This document shows positions 37,161-48,006 of a stretch of DNA of 64,000 nucleotides, piece after piece (position 1 is the first letter of the stretch; each line of letters begins with the position of its first letter). Below the pieces are notes generated by a model. It ran no database searches and had not been told where the DNA came from. It worked only from the letters and a program-made list of their open reading frames with translations. The stretch lies in IMG/VR virus record IMGVR_UViG_3300029258_003546, positions 1-64,000 of that record; one strand, given 5' to 3'. A program made the translations under genes and the position numbers. The stretch comes from a virus.

Positions 37161-38594
37161 ATGAAATCAGGACACCTCAAATTGCGAATAACACTGACGT
37201 TGCAGGAAAATTTGTTGCTCATCGAACCGGTGGTGGATACGCTGAAAAGCGAACTATCAGGCTGGCGACGTATTTATCCTGAAAGCTCGTTTTTCCGCGG
37301 CGGCAAACCCGTCAATTGCCGAGAAACGTTTTATCGTATTGTAGGCAATCGGATGTGCACATACGGCGGATTTGCGCATCGTGTGTATAAATGCCTGTCC
37401 AAGGAAGGTCACCAAGTACGCGTAGTAGATACCAGGAAGTCGCTAGGGACGCCCAATCTGAAAAAGCTGGGATCTCTCAGGGAGACCCAGGACAAAATCA
37501 TAGCAGCAGCCGTAGCTTTTGGAGGAGGAATCGTATCTGCTCCTACAGCCTACGGCAAGAGCCGGCTGATAGTGGAGATAGCATCTCTATGGAACGTGCC
37601 TATACTCGTCATTGCGCCATCGATACCGGTTGTCGAGACCATATACTCCAGATTGTTGGAACGCTTCGCTGACGTAGGCATAGTTACCGGCAGCCGCGCT
37701 ATCGAGCGGCGCATAACCGTAACGACGCCGATGTCTATGATGAAATGCTCGCTGGCAGACTATCGATTGGGCATATTTGACGAGGTGCATACATCGGCTG
37801 CTCCTGTAACGTGGAACAACCTGACCCATCTGACCAATGCCAGGCTTCTAGGCCTGAGTGCTTCCTGGAACGCACGCAGCGACGGCGCTACCCGCGCTAT
37901 CGAAGCGCTGTTCGGACCGTTGATCTACCGGATGACGTACAAGCAGGCAGTAAAGGCCGGGCTGATAGCGCCTATTTGTGTGGAATTCATAGAGGTCAGA
38001 GGTACAGTAGATACAGGCCGGTCGTTTACGATAGCCCAGAAAAAGCGGAAGCTTCTGTGGCGAAACGAAACGAGGAACAAAGCTATCGCCAGCCTGGTCA
38101 AGCGGCTGGAGAAAGAGCGCCCCAATCGTCAGATACTGATCATGGCCGCCACCCTGGAACACTGCCTAGAGTTGAGAAAATGGTTGCCTGATTACAAGCT
38201 CAGCTACGCGAATATCAACAACAAGCAGATCAAACGATTTACAAGGGCAGGCTTATGGGATCCCGAGAAAGATACACCACTTGACAGAACTGCGCGTACC
38301 GCACTGAGAAATGACTTTGAAACTAGAAAGCTAAGAAAAGCTATCTCAACACGCACTTGGGGCCAGGGCGTAGATTTTGTAGAATTAGATACACTGGTAC
38401 GCGTCGATGGCGGTCGATCGAAGATTGATGCCACGCAAATTCCCGGCAGAGTTTCGCGTCTCTGCAGCAGCAAGGAATACGGTGCCGTTTATGATTTCTG
38501 GGACAGCTTTGACGAGACTGCGCTCAACGCATCCATTGCGCGTATGAAGCAGTATCGCAAGCACGGCTGGAAGATCATATTGCCAGAAAGCTAG
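37161..38594 (+). CDS. Superfamily 2 DNA helicase (UvsW/XPB-like)
   Basis: APTAYGKS, FDEVH, GLSA, GVD, Q.PGR.SR. Confidence 0.9.
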   Translation: MKSGHLKLRITLTLQENLLLIEPVVDTLKSELSGWRRIYPESSFFRGGKPVNCRETFYRIVGNRMCTYGGFAHRVYKCLSKEGHQVRVVDTRKSLGTPNLKKLGSLRETQDKIIAAAVAFGGGIVSAPTAYGKSRLIVEIASLWNVPILVIAPSIPVVETIYSRLLERFADVGIVTGSRAIERRITVTTPMSMMKCSLADYRLGIFDEVHTSAAPVTWNNLTHLTNARLLGLSASWNARSDGATRAIEALFGPLIYRMTYKQAVKAGLIAPICVEFIEVRGTVDTGRSFTIAQKKRKLLWRNETRNKAIASLVKRLEKERPNRQILIMAATLEHCLELRKWLPDYKLSYANINNKQIKRFTRAGLWDPEKDTPLDRTARTALRNDFETRKLRKAISTRTWGQGVDFVELDTLVRVDGGRSKIDATQIPGRVSRLCSSKEYGAVYDFWDSFDETALNASIARMKQYRKHGWKIILPES

Positions 38595-38595
38595 C

Positions 38596-39132
38596 ATGCG
38601 TAGTCAGAATACCATAGGCAGCTCGCTCCGCAACACGTATGTCAGACTTCGTAGGCAGCAGAAGCCAGGGTACAACATACACCCGAAATTCCGCTACGTA
38701 TGGCCCAGGTTGGCGGATCAAATCAGGCAGAAAGGCGCCGATCCTGTATTGTTCGTAGAGGTTCAGTTCTCGCGGGCCGACGCAGCTCCGTTTCCTAACA
38801 TGCTGTTGTCGGAGCGCGCATGGGATAACTATGACGAGTACCTGTCGAATCGAACGACTGCGTTGTACATGGCTGACCGCTTGGCCTGGGAATTGAGAGA
38901 ATTTTCAGCCAGAACAAAGTTGGTTGGAAGCGCAGTCAAGGCCCTACAGGATGCGAATCTGAATATTACGCCTCTACTGAGATACACCTTGGCTGAGATG
39001 CTGAATCATTCGGAAATAGCTGATACATGGAAAGATAGCGCTGCTGCATTTGCTCAGAAGTACGTTTTGTACCGGGACGCAGTGGCAGCGTGGAAGGAGA
39101 CGTCTACATGCCGTCAGGGAATGAACTTCTAA
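38596..39132 (+). CDS. Hypothetical protein in the replication operon
   Basis: ORF between the two helicases. Confidence 0.65.
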   Translation: MRSQNTIGSSLRNTYVRLRRQQKPGYNIHPKFRYVWPRLADQIRQKGADPVLFVEVQFSRADAAPFPNMLLSERAWDNYDEYLSNRTTALYMADRLAWELREFSARTKLVGSAVKALQDANLNITPLLRYTLAEMLNHSEIADTWKDSAAAFAQKYVLYRDAVAAWKETSTCRQGMNF

Positions 39133-40454
39133 TAGCCGGTCTCATTTCTGATTTGCAAACGTATAGACGATTCAGGCCTGTGCTAAACGACCCGCGGCTT
39201 CGACTTGCTTTATTCGGGACGCACGACAGACACCTGCTGGCGGCGTTGGATGCGACAAACGAACACGTTGACAAATATGCCAGCTTGCCATCCAGAAACG
39301 TCTTGGAGTACGAGGCGGCATGGCGCCTACTTCGCACGTCTCCTACGGAGCAGCATGCCAAGCCGGCCATACAGGATTTGTTGCTCTTTACCGATATTCT
39401 GGGATCAACGCATCCAACGTACGCAGGTGACAAACTGATAGAGCGGCTGAAAACCAGGTTAAAAAAGGCTGTAGAATACCACGCAGGCAACGGCAAGAAT
39501 TTCGACCAGGTAGCAGAACTAGTACGAGAATTTCAAGCCAGCCTGTCGATTACAGCATCGGCCGAGCGTAATCCTTTGTCTGATATCACGCTTACAGCAA
39601 AAGCTACTAAACAACCTGTCGGCGTCAAGTACCTGGATGATCTTCTGGGCGGCGTAGCTCCAGGCGACTATATTGTGCTAACAGGTCCTACCGGCGGCGG
39701 CAAGACCCTCTGCAGCGTGGATATTTTCGGATCTGTTGTGCTGTGGCAACAGCATGCGATGTACTTCACATATGAGCAGCCGGTAGAAGGAGATATAGCT
39801 CGCCGCGTTACTGCAAGAATTCTGGAGATCAAGCAGAGCGCTGTTTCAAACGTGTCTAGACAAGGCACCGAGGAGAGCAGACGTTTACAGGAGCGTGCAG
39901 GTCTGCATCAGTATGTTCATATGTATGACATGCAGTTGCCGGAATCCGGGCGTGGCGGTACAAGTGATATTGATCAGTCAATTGAGCGGTTGCGGAAAGA
40001 CGGGATACAACCGCGGGTAGTAATTGTTGACTGGCTCATACCGCTGATGGAAAGGGCCAGTGACGGGCCTAAAACAGACGGCCAGCGTCGTGATTACGCG
40101 TACAGGGTATCCAAGGCGTTGAAGGACATAGCAGTCAGGCACTCGACCTTGGTAATTCTAGTGCATCAGCTAGCTACTCAGGAGTCTCGCAAGAGCCCCA
40201 AATACAAGCCTAGATGGACTGATTCTGCTGAGTTCAAGAACATCAACTGGGTAGCTGATTACTCGTTGGCATTAGGTGTTGTTGACGAGCAGACGGAATG
40301 TTGTTGGTTAGTATCTAGCAAAGGCAGAAGTTCCAAGCCGTCCTCACGCATTATCAGGCGGAACTGGGACTATGCAAAATTCGATCTGGCTGACGACATG
40401 CAGGTATCTCTATCCCGCCTGGCTGACACGGCGGCATTTCGTCGTAAACGCTAG
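39108..40454 (+). CDS. DnaB-like (SF4) replicative helicase
   Basis: GPTGGGKT, YFTYE, VIVDW, ILVHQL, ADY, K.R. Confidence 0.85.
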   Translation: MPSGNELLIAGLISDLQTYRRFRPVLNDPRLRLALFGTHDRHLLAALDATNEHVDKYASLPSRNVLEYEAAWRLLRTSPTEQHAKPAIQDLLLFTDILGSTHPTYAGDKLIERLKTRLKKAVEYHAGNGKNFDQVAELVREFQASLSITASAERNPLSDITLTAKATKQPVGVKYLDDLLGGVAPGDYIVLTGPTGGGKTLCSVDIFGSVVLWQQHAMYFTYEQPVEGDIARRVTARILEIKQSAVSNVSRQGTEESRRLQERAGLHQYVHMYDMQLPESGRGGTSDIDQSIERLRKDGIQPRVVIVDWLIPLMERASDGPKTDGQRRDYAYRVSKALKDIAVRHSTLVILVHQLATQESRKSPKYKPRWTDSAEFKNINWVADYSLALGVVDEQTECCWLVSSKGRSSKPSSRIIRRNWDYAKFDLADDMQVSLSRLADTAAFRRKR

Positions 40455-40496
40455 GCGTCATTCACAAATCCAAATTAACAGGAGAAGTACGTACAG

Positions 40497-40862
40497 ATGG
40501 CTGAAACCGAGCATCCGTCGTGCAAGGAACGTATACAAGAGCACATGAAGGCCCGTCTGGACGACCTGGCGACAGCTTTGGACGAGGAGCCTGGTGACGA
40601 AGATTATGATCGTGATGACAATGAAGTGGAACGGCTCAGAGAAAGCGTGCTGTCGATAGCGACAGCGATTCGCGTAGACATTTGTCTGAGCTGGGGCGGA
40701 CCTGAAGACGGCTTTGTGCTGTTCATAGACGATGAAGGTGACGCGATTGAAGGCTACTACTATTTCAAGGACTGGTTCGATGGAGCCCGCGAGTACATGA
40801 ACAGCTCTGAAATTGATATGGTAGAGCAGGTATACGGGCCGTTCGACTACTTAGTAGAATAA
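40497..40862 (+). CDS. Acidic hypothetical protein (LSWGGP...Y.DWFD motif)
   Basis: AGGAG RBS; very acidic composition. Confidence 0.65.
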   Translation: MAETEHPSCKERIQEHMKARLDDLATALDEEPGDEDYDRDDNEVERLRESVLSIATAIRVDICLSWGGPEDGFVLFIDDEGDAIEGYYYFKDWFDGAREYMNSSEIDMVEQVYGPFDYLVE

Positions 40863-40877
40863 CGGCGGAGATCGCGA

Positions 40878-42216
40878 ATGTTGTTCCGTCTACCATCTGA
40901 TGTAAATTCGAAGAGCCGTGTTTCAGGCTGTTGCAGCGGCTCACAATACAATACAGACCGCTCTATATCGCGTACGTGTGATATGTACGGCTCGATGGAA
41001 TTGTCATTTTCGTATTGCAAATCACAGCACTCGCGTTTCGGTCTATATGTGCGCTCGTATCCAGCTACAAGTTCGATCGGAGTCAGAAGAGAGGATCGAT
41101 AATGCTAGTAGTATCACACACGTTGGAAGGCAGTAGAACTGACGAGAGACGATATTCCATATGCTACACAATCGGCAGCAGATCAGTAAACGGATCAGCC
41201 TGTAACCTGTATGCAGATATCTCATGGTGTGTAATAAGCCGTACGCCGAAAAAATGCATTGCGCATTCTACTTGCAAATACGGTACTGACAGGCTGCCTG
41301 GAGTGATGAGAAGCTTAACACGCTGGAGAAATACATGATTTGTTTGAATCGATTTCATCTGCCTCCGTCTTTCTGGATAACAGGTCGTATAGGAAGAAGC
41401 AGAGACACGGTTAGCCCTGTCAAATCTACATATTCTTCTTTGTGTGAGGGAGAGGAAGGCCGGTACGATATGTCGTACTCCGTTTCAGGCTCTTGTCGGT
41501 ACAGTGTGTTATCCCGCAGCAATAAATCGGTGTGGCCTACTCATCCAGCCCCAGTAGGATCGTCAGTGCATAATAGCTACACCAACCTTTGTCGCAAATT
41601 CGATACAGAGCAGGAGTGATACCATGATACTACTGCCGGCGTGCAGTCGAACTTACGATCCGGATCGCGAAATCATACGTGCCAGCGCCGCTACCTGCGG
41701 CATATGGAACTTTACTGATGACCGTATTACAGCTTGTCTATCCTACTGCAGGCACAGAGGTAAATACCTTTACCGGTCTGTGCAACTGTCATCTTTACTG
41801 TTTACGCGAGAGGCCATATACGCTTCTCGCTGTGGGCGTGGCTCTAGAGGGATAGGCGTGCTGTACTCCATGACTCGCGATCAAAGCGGGAGAGTAGAAT
41901 ACAGCAGCGGAAGCAGATAGTCTTCCAGAAGGAAACGTAATGTGATTCTGACGTTCAACAGGAGTCATAAATGCTGATGACGTCTCTGACGTATCCGGAT
42001 ATTAGAGCTTCATCGAGAAGCAGGAGCGGACGATGCGTCCGCTCGTTGTCCAGATGCTGCAACGCAGTAGGCGCATCTGTAGTCATGTCGCGCTGTAGAT
42101 ACGTGATACTGCTAGAATTGTCACGTTGCGAAAGTAGCATCAGGCGTTTTAGCTCTGTCTGCGCTACCGCTCTCGCCTATGATAGACACTCGTATCAAGA
42201 AAGGAGAAAGATCTGA
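40878..42216 (+). other. Cluster of five Ser/Arg/Cys-rich small ORFs
   Basis: 40878-41102, 41102-41338, 41335-41619, 41624-41920, 41971-42216; most have GGAG/GAGG RBS. Confidence 0.5.
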
Positions 42217-42258
42217 TATAGTGTTAGCGGCGCACAGAATTTCCAGTAGGAGACTACG

Positions 42259-43263
42259 GTGCTCAATCCTGAACTTTACGCCGCACTGAAACAGACGTTT
42301 GGCGAGGTAAAAATATCCAACGCTAACGCGTCTGCCACATTTTTCCGCGATGTAGCCGGCAAACTGAGAATTACCAAGGGAGGAGAGTATTATACCGTTT
42401 GCTGCCCATACTGTGGTGACAAGCGCTTCAGACTGTGGATTTCGTATCTGTGGGGCTCCAAGCCTGCAGGAAAATTATGCAGGCACGTAGCCGTTTGTTA
42501 CAATCATCGCTGTGATTTGTCAGAGCTTCATCACTATATACGCGGAGCGGGCGCCGCCATTCGACATTTCGAGCCCGTGATCGAAGATACACTGCCTCCG
42601 CCCAGAACACAGGAAATCGATCCACCAGAACATGTACGCCTGGCGGATCTGCACCATGAGCATCCAGCTGTGAAATATATGACTGATAGAGGCTTCACGA
42701 TAGACGATCTTCGACGAGCCGATCTTGGGTACATCATAGACTGCAAGCCCGAATACTTTCCGTATACTAATCGCATTTACATACCTGTTAAGCTGAATAA
42801 CGAGCTGATAGGCTTTCAGGCTAGAGCTGCCAACGACAGTGAGGAGCCGCGGTACAGATCTACAACAGCGCTGACAACCACTCTGTATAATTACGACCGC
42901 GCCGTAGCCCAGGCAGGCGAAGTACTAGTGCTGGTCGAAGGCCCGTTCGATGCGATCAGATTGGGAGACATAGCGGTTGCCACTTTTGGTAAGCATCTGT
43001 CTCAATACCAGCATATGTTACTCGGACCCTGGCGCGAAAAGATGTGCGTTTTGGCGTGGGATCACGATTTCTGGGAAGATCAGAAAAGAGACGGACGCCC
43101 TGTATGGGTACAGGTAGTAGAAGACTTGCTCAGCTGTTTTCGAACGGTTGTGCAGATCGATTTAGGGCCGGAACGTGACCCCGCATCGATGTCGCCTCTG
43201 GATTTCTGGTGTTCAGTCCTAACAAAGGGAGTGGTACATGAGCATTCCGATCATCAGACATAG
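42259..43263 (+). CDS. DNA primase (DnaG-type, Zn finger + TOPRIM)
   Basis: CPYCGD...C...C zinc finger, GFQAR, LYNYD, VEGPFD, WDHD, DPA. Confidence 0.9.
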   Translation: MLNPELYAALKQTFGEVKISNANASATFFRDVAGKLRITKGGEYYTVCCPYCGDKRFRLWISYLWGSKPAGKLCRHVAVCYNHRCDLSELHHYIRGAGAAIRHFEPVIEDTLPPPRTQEIDPPEHVRLADLHHEHPAVKYMTDRGFTIDDLRRADLGYIIDCKPEYFPYTNRIYIPVKLNNELIGFQARAANDSEEPRYRSTTALTTTLYNYDRAVAQAGEVLVLVEGPFDAIRLGDIAVATFGKHLSQYQHMLLGPWREKMCVLAWDHDFWEDQKRDGRPVWVQVVEDLLSCFRTVVQIDLGPERDPASMSPLDFWCSVLTKGVVHEHSDHQT

Positions 43264-43518
43264 AACGGATTTGGCTGTGCAGTACAAAGATTTGAATTTC
43301 GTCAGGTGCCGCGGTAGAAACGGCAGCTTTACTCTGAAGAGCATAGAAGCCGAAGATCTAGGACGCGGTATCACGAAGCTATCCTTCTATTCTTCCGCAA
43401 AGGGAAAACAGCCTCCTATTAGATTTACAGCATCGACAAGCGACTTGCTGATAATGCTAGAACAGGCAAGAGCAGAGGTAATCAATGCGCAGCTCGAAGT
43501 GCAGAAGGAGAAACAATC

Positions 43519-46500
43519 GTGACCGATGTAGGTATATTCGGTGCGCCGGATATGGAAGATATGCCAAGTATCAAACTGACAGAATCTGATCTGGTGCCTG
43601 GTAAACTGGTAACCGCATTTGCTGAACAAACACAAAGCAGCCTGTCTGACGCGACAAAATATCTGCTGACGCACTCTGCAGTAGTAGATATAGATAATCG
43701 ATCTAGATTCTGCGTAGCCGGTCATATGCCTACTGCTCCAAGTGGCATATACCAAGCTGACGTGGTCGCAATAGGAAAAATGCCAGGCCGAGCAGAGCAG
43801 GAAAGCGGCAGATTGTTTGTAGGAGAATCGGGCAAGTGGTGGAGAGCGTTGCTGCAGGAAGCAGGATTGATTGATCGTACATTTTTTTCCAATGTGCTTC
43901 GATTCTCGGTGGCCTCGGCAACCAAGACTAAGAAGATGACAGAGCTTGTAGGCCTCTGTAGATATCTGCTGCTACACGAGATAAATCAATGTCACCCAAG
44001 GCTGATACTGGCGCTTGGCAAGGAAGCTACGCAGTGGTTTTTTGGGTCCGGGGCTTTCAAGAAGAAACTGGGCGCGGTGATGGACTGGACATCGCCTCTA
44101 GACGGGGCTACTATTCCAGTCGCCATAACTAACAATCCCGCAGCCGTTGTTCGCGGCATGAACGATGCGCCGCTGCGCGTTACGACCTTTAGAGCTGCGG
44201 ATATGATACTGAATAACCGTAGCGCATCAGAAGCGTTTATGGCTGATGATGGAGAATATGCTTATGTTAGAACAGAGCAGGATCTAGAACACGAGCTGCA
44301 GAAACTGCTGGATTGCTCCTCTACGTACCTGGCCATTGACTGCGAATGGGGAGGTAGAAATCCATTTGAGAAGAACGGCAAACTGCGCAGTATTACGCTG
44401 TCACAAGTACCTGGCACTGCCTTGGTTATAGAGCTGAGAGACGAACACAAAGAGATTCTATTTCAGCCAGGCGTCCAGGCAGCATACGATCAGTTACAGC
44501 GTTTGCTGGATGCAAGACAGTGGTGTTTGTGCGGCCACAACTTCACGGCAGACTGGCTGTGGCTGGAGAAGGAAGCGGGCTTAACAGGGCTGGACGAGGC
44601 AGTGAGCCGCGGCTTCGATACGATGGTAGCGTGGAATATTCTGCACGAAACCGACAGACTCAGTCTCGACCATTTGAGCATGTTGAATACTACGCTCGGT
44701 AGATATGACATACGCATAGATGATTACGTAGACAAGAAGTCTGATATGGACGGCTATTGGAAGGTTCCTCAAGATGTTCTCAGACTATACGCGGCTAAGG
44801 ACGCTGACAGTACTATTCGTAACGTTCTGTACATTGCAGAACAGATGCAAAAGGAACCTCGTGTAGCAGAGCTGTATCAGAGCGTATCAATGCCGTGTTT
44901 GGCGGCTATTCATGAAATAGAGCGTAACGGCCTGCTAGTCGATACAGAGCGCATGTACGAGATATATGACAAGGCAGTGAAACAACGAGACGAGTTGCTG
45001 AGCTTGTTATCTGATGCAGTAAAAAAGCACGCCGACAAGCTGACGATCAAATTTATTGCGCAGGCGGTCAAAGCAGCAATAGAGGCGGATGTCTGCGTAT
45101 GCGAGCGTGACGAGAACGGCTGTCCTGATTTGTGCAGCCTGATCCACACCATCCTCGATTTTGACGCTATCTGGAAGCAGACGACGAAAGAGTGGAAACG
45201 GCTAAATCGTCGTAAGCACAAGCCTGTTGACAGAATAAAAGAACTGGACGTTCAGATTACACAGCTGCGTCATCTGCAAACTGCTATAGGTCCAATACTC
45301 GAGCAGAAGAGTAGGATAGTAGATAAAGTAATGCCGTTTAACGCCAAAAGCTATATCAAGCTACAGATTATTCTGTATGACAGTAACTGGTTGGGTTTGG
45401 AGCCAGTCAAAACTACCAAAGCTCACAATTCTAGAGACTGGCACTCGTTCATGGAGGACGCTGCAGGAGTTTCGTACAGTTACGCTGACGAGTCGCAATA
45501 CAGAAAAGCGGCATCTACTGATCTGCAGAGTTTGCGGATACTGGCGCAGACTGCTACCGGCGTGGCAGCTAGATGGCTGGATGCTCTTATCAAGCTGAGC
45601 GGGCTGGAGAAGATGAAATCGTCGTTTCTAAGCCCCCCTCCAACAGAGGTAGAAGACCGAGGCTTGGTGCATACGACCGGGCTGTTAGAGCGATTGGACG
45701 ACGACAACCGGCTGCGTACACACATCAGCCCTACTACGGCGACAGGAAGATGGCGATCGTACAAGCCGAATATGCAGAATATCAGTAAGCTGAGATCGGA
45801 AGAGCTGTCGGCTCAGTTCCCTGATATCCCACCTTTACGCAGCGTGTTTGTTGCGGAACCCGGTCATATTCTGATAGAAAGCGATCTGAGCCAGGCCGAG
45901 CTTCGTGTAATGGCGCACCTGTCCAACGACGTCAATATGCTGGAGATCCTGTCCAACCCCGCGCGCGATTTGCATTCTGAGACGGCGGTCAAATTCAGGC
46001 ACTTGCCGGTATACGGAAGTCCGGAGGAAATTGCGGCGATTATCCGCAAGGATTACAAGCTGGAACGCACCGCTACAAAGCGGGTAAATTTTGGCATTGC
46101 GTATCAGATATCGGCGTTTGCGTTGGCCAGAGTGCTGCGCAGTTTTGGCGTGAACAGTCTGGTAGATCCTGATAAGCCAATCAGCGTAGAAGAAGTACAA
46201 GAGATGATCAACACCTTCTATAGCACGTTCGAAGGCGTTGAGAACTTCATGCGCCAGTGCAAGGATCAGGTGTATAAGCCGGGCTACATAGTCAGCCCGT
46301 TCGGTCGGAAACGAAGATTTATTATCACGAGAGACAAGGCTATGATGGCGTACCAGGAGCGACAAGCCTGCAACTTTCCTATTCAGTCTACTGTTGCGGA
46401 CGTGTTGAATTGCGCATGCATACGTTTGATGGAAGCGCGTGGAACAGATTATCCTCTTGAAGCCTATAAGCTGGTTCTGTGTATACATGACTCAGTACTA

Positions 46501-46647
46501 TTGTCGGTTCCAAACGAATATGTAGACCTGGTGACAAACGAAGTGCTGCCGAACTGTATGGGCAACGTACAGATACCGAACTATGGTTTCTCGATTCCAA
46601 TCGAAATCGAGAAGTACGGCCGGTATGGCGTGCCCTTAGAACACTGA
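43519..46647 (+). CDS. polA: Family A DNA polymerase with N-terminal uracil-DNA glycosylase-like domain
   Basis: UDG-like GKMPG..E..G.LFVG.SG, P.LILALG, NPAAVVR; exonuclease DCE, GHN, FDTM, YAAKD; polymerase TGR, DLSQAELR, K.VNFGIAY, NFPIQS, HDS. Confidence 0.93.
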   Translation: MTDVGIFGAPDMEDMPSIKLTESDLVPGKLVTAFAEQTQSSLSDATKYLLTHSAVVDIDNRSRFCVAGHMPTAPSGIYQADVVAIGKMPGRAEQESGRLFVGESGKWWRALLQEAGLIDRTFFSNVLRFSVASATKTKKMTELVGLCRYLLLHEINQCHPRLILALGKEATQWFFGSGAFKKKLGAVMDWTSPLDGATIPVAITNNPAAVVRGMNDAPLRVTTFRAADMILNNRSASEAFMADDGEYAYVRTEQDLEHELQKLLDCSSTYLAIDCEWGGRNPFEKNGKLRSITLSQVPGTALVIELRDEHKEILFQPGVQAAYDQLQRLLDARQWCLCGHNFTADWLWLEKEAGLTGLDEAVSRGFDTMVAWNILHETDRLSLDHLSMLNTTLGRYDIRIDDYVDKKSDMDGYWKVPQDVLRLYAAKDADSTIRNVLYIAEQMQKEPRVAELYQSVSMPCLAAIHEIERNGLLVDTERMYEIYDKAVKQRDELLSLLSDAVKKHADKLTIKFIAQAVKAAIEADVCVCERDENGCPDLCSLIHTILDFDAIWKQTTKEWKRLNRRKHKPVDRIKELDVQITQLRHLQTAIGPILEQKSRIVDKVMPFNAKSYIKLQIILYDSNWLGLEPVKTTKAHNSRDWHSFMEDAAGVSYSYADESQYRKAASTDLQSLRILAQTATGVAARWLDALIKLSGLEKMKSSFLSPPPTEVEDRGLVHTTGLLERLDDDNRLRTHISPTTATGRWRSYKPNMQNISKLRSEELSAQFPDIPPLRSVFVAEPGHILIESDLSQAELRVMAHLSNDVNMLEILSNPARDLHSETAVKFRHLPVYGSPEEIAAIIRKDYKLERTATKRVNFGIAYQISAFALARVLRSFGVNSLVDPDKPISVEEVQEMINTFYSTFEGVENFMRQCKDQVYKPGYIVSPFGRKRRFIITRDKAMMAYQERQACNFPIQSTVADVLNCACIRLMEARGTDYPLEAYKLVLCIHDSVLLSVPNEYVDLVTNEVLPNCMGNVQIPNYGFSIPIEIEKYGRYGVPLEH

Positions 46648-46662
46648 CTACAGGAGATTCTA

Positions 46663-48006
46663 ATGCGTGTCGGAGACGACAGAAACGATCCTCAAGCGCG
46701 TGGCAACAACTGGAATCTGGTTCTGGACGTGCCGGAAGGAATGTTTATACAGAGGCCAAAATTCAGCCTGGACGAGATCAGAGCGGTATATCCGTTTCCT
46801 GCTGTAATAGACGGTAAGCCGGTGTTGGAATGGAGGAATTCGGAGACCCAGTACGACTATACGCGTTGGATTCTGTTTCTCAATACCATGAGAGCTGGCT
46901 ACACACAAGACAGATGGTTTGTCCTGTGTCCGTCTGACTGGGACAGGGTTCGTGAGCGGTACGACGAAATATATCCGTATCGTCGTCTGTATGATGTAGC
47001 CAAGGCGGGCGCGAATGCGGATATGGCAGCCTGGAACAAGCTGTTTATCAAGGCAGAAAACGCCTATCATCCGCCGCTGCCTGACAAAGCCGCTGTTACG
47101 TACCTGGTGCAAGGATACAGCCGGCATCCGAAGCAGGGAGAATTCAGGCAGTGTGTTATGGTACTGCAGAAGAGTGCTGCAATCAGCCTGGAAGATCTTC
47201 TGGAACAGGAGCATCCCGGCTATAACGGCGATCCTGATAATTTTGCAGCAAGATACGTTGTCGGCAATATCTTTCCTATAGACCAGAACGACGGCAAGGT
47301 TCTGATGTCTGGTAAGGAAGGCTGGTATGCTCAGAATGCTAATAACGACAGCAACGATTTTGGTCAGCAGGCAGGAGCACGCAAGGAGTTCGAGGGCTAC
47401 GAGACCAAACTTGTGCCCTTGAAAGAGATGAGCAGGTTCAGGCTTCCTACTCGCGGTCCTACGGTAGAACAGATTATTAATGCGTGGTGCCCGTGGGAAC
47501 GAGTAGTAAGGCGAATGACGACAGAGGAGCAGATCGATATGCTCAAGGTTGCATTCTACAGTACGGGCAGTGTCCGCACTGATCTGCTGCTCAAGCGAGC
47601 ATTTGATAACTACGGTACTGGGCACCAGACAGCGGTAGTAGAATCAATAGCGGCTGGCACAGTGCCGTCAGCGGCGTCTCGAGCCCAGGCGGCCGAGCCT
47701 GTAGCTCGACAAGCGCCGGAGGAGAACCCTTTCGGCGGCGGTTCTGCTCCTGTTGCTGCGCCTGCTGCTCCTGCTACGTCTACACCATCAGCTGCAGAGC
47801 CAGCAAGTCCCTTTGGTGACGCCGATGCCGCTGTTATCAACTCGGCGCCTGTGGCTCCTACAGCTTCTTCTGCGCCTGCGTCTGCGCCGGCGGGCTCTTT
47901 AGAGATCCCGGCAGACGTGTCACAGATGGACGAGCAGACTAAACTCATCCTTGAGCAGATACGCGCATCTATGCAAGCTCGGGAAGAGAAAAAGGAAGGT
48001 AAATGA
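46663..48006 (+). CDS. Hypothetical protein with Ala/Pro-rich tail (possible SSB/recombination mediator)
   Basis: Position between polA and recA; low-complexity C-terminal region. Confidence 0.6.
   Translation: MRVGDDRNDPQARGNNWNLVLDVPEGMFIQRPKFSLDEIRAVYPFPAVIDGKPVLEWRNSETQYDYTRWILFLNTMRAGYTQDRWFVLCPSDWDRVRERYDEIYPYRRLYDVAKAGANADMAAWNKLFIKAENAYHPPLPDKAAVTYLVQGYSRHPKQGEFRQCVMVLQKSAAISLEDLLEQEHPGYNGDPDNFAARYVVGNIFPIDQNDGKVLMSGKEGWYAQNANNDSNDFGQQAGARKEFEGYETKLVPLKEMSRFRLPTRGPTVEQIINAWCPWERVVRRMTTEEQIDMLKVAFYSTGSVRTDLLLKRAFDNYGTGHQTAVVESIAAGTVPSAASRAQAAEPVARQAPEENPFGGGSAPVAAPAAPATSTPSAAEPASPFGDADAAVINSAPVAPTASSAPASAPAGSLEIPADVSQMDEQTKLILEQIRASMQAREEKKEGK

Noticed and set aside
46660-47625. Long antisense ORFs (also 6575-7411, 45835-46488, 61988-62644)
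   Set aside because: Shadow frames of well-supported + strand genes.
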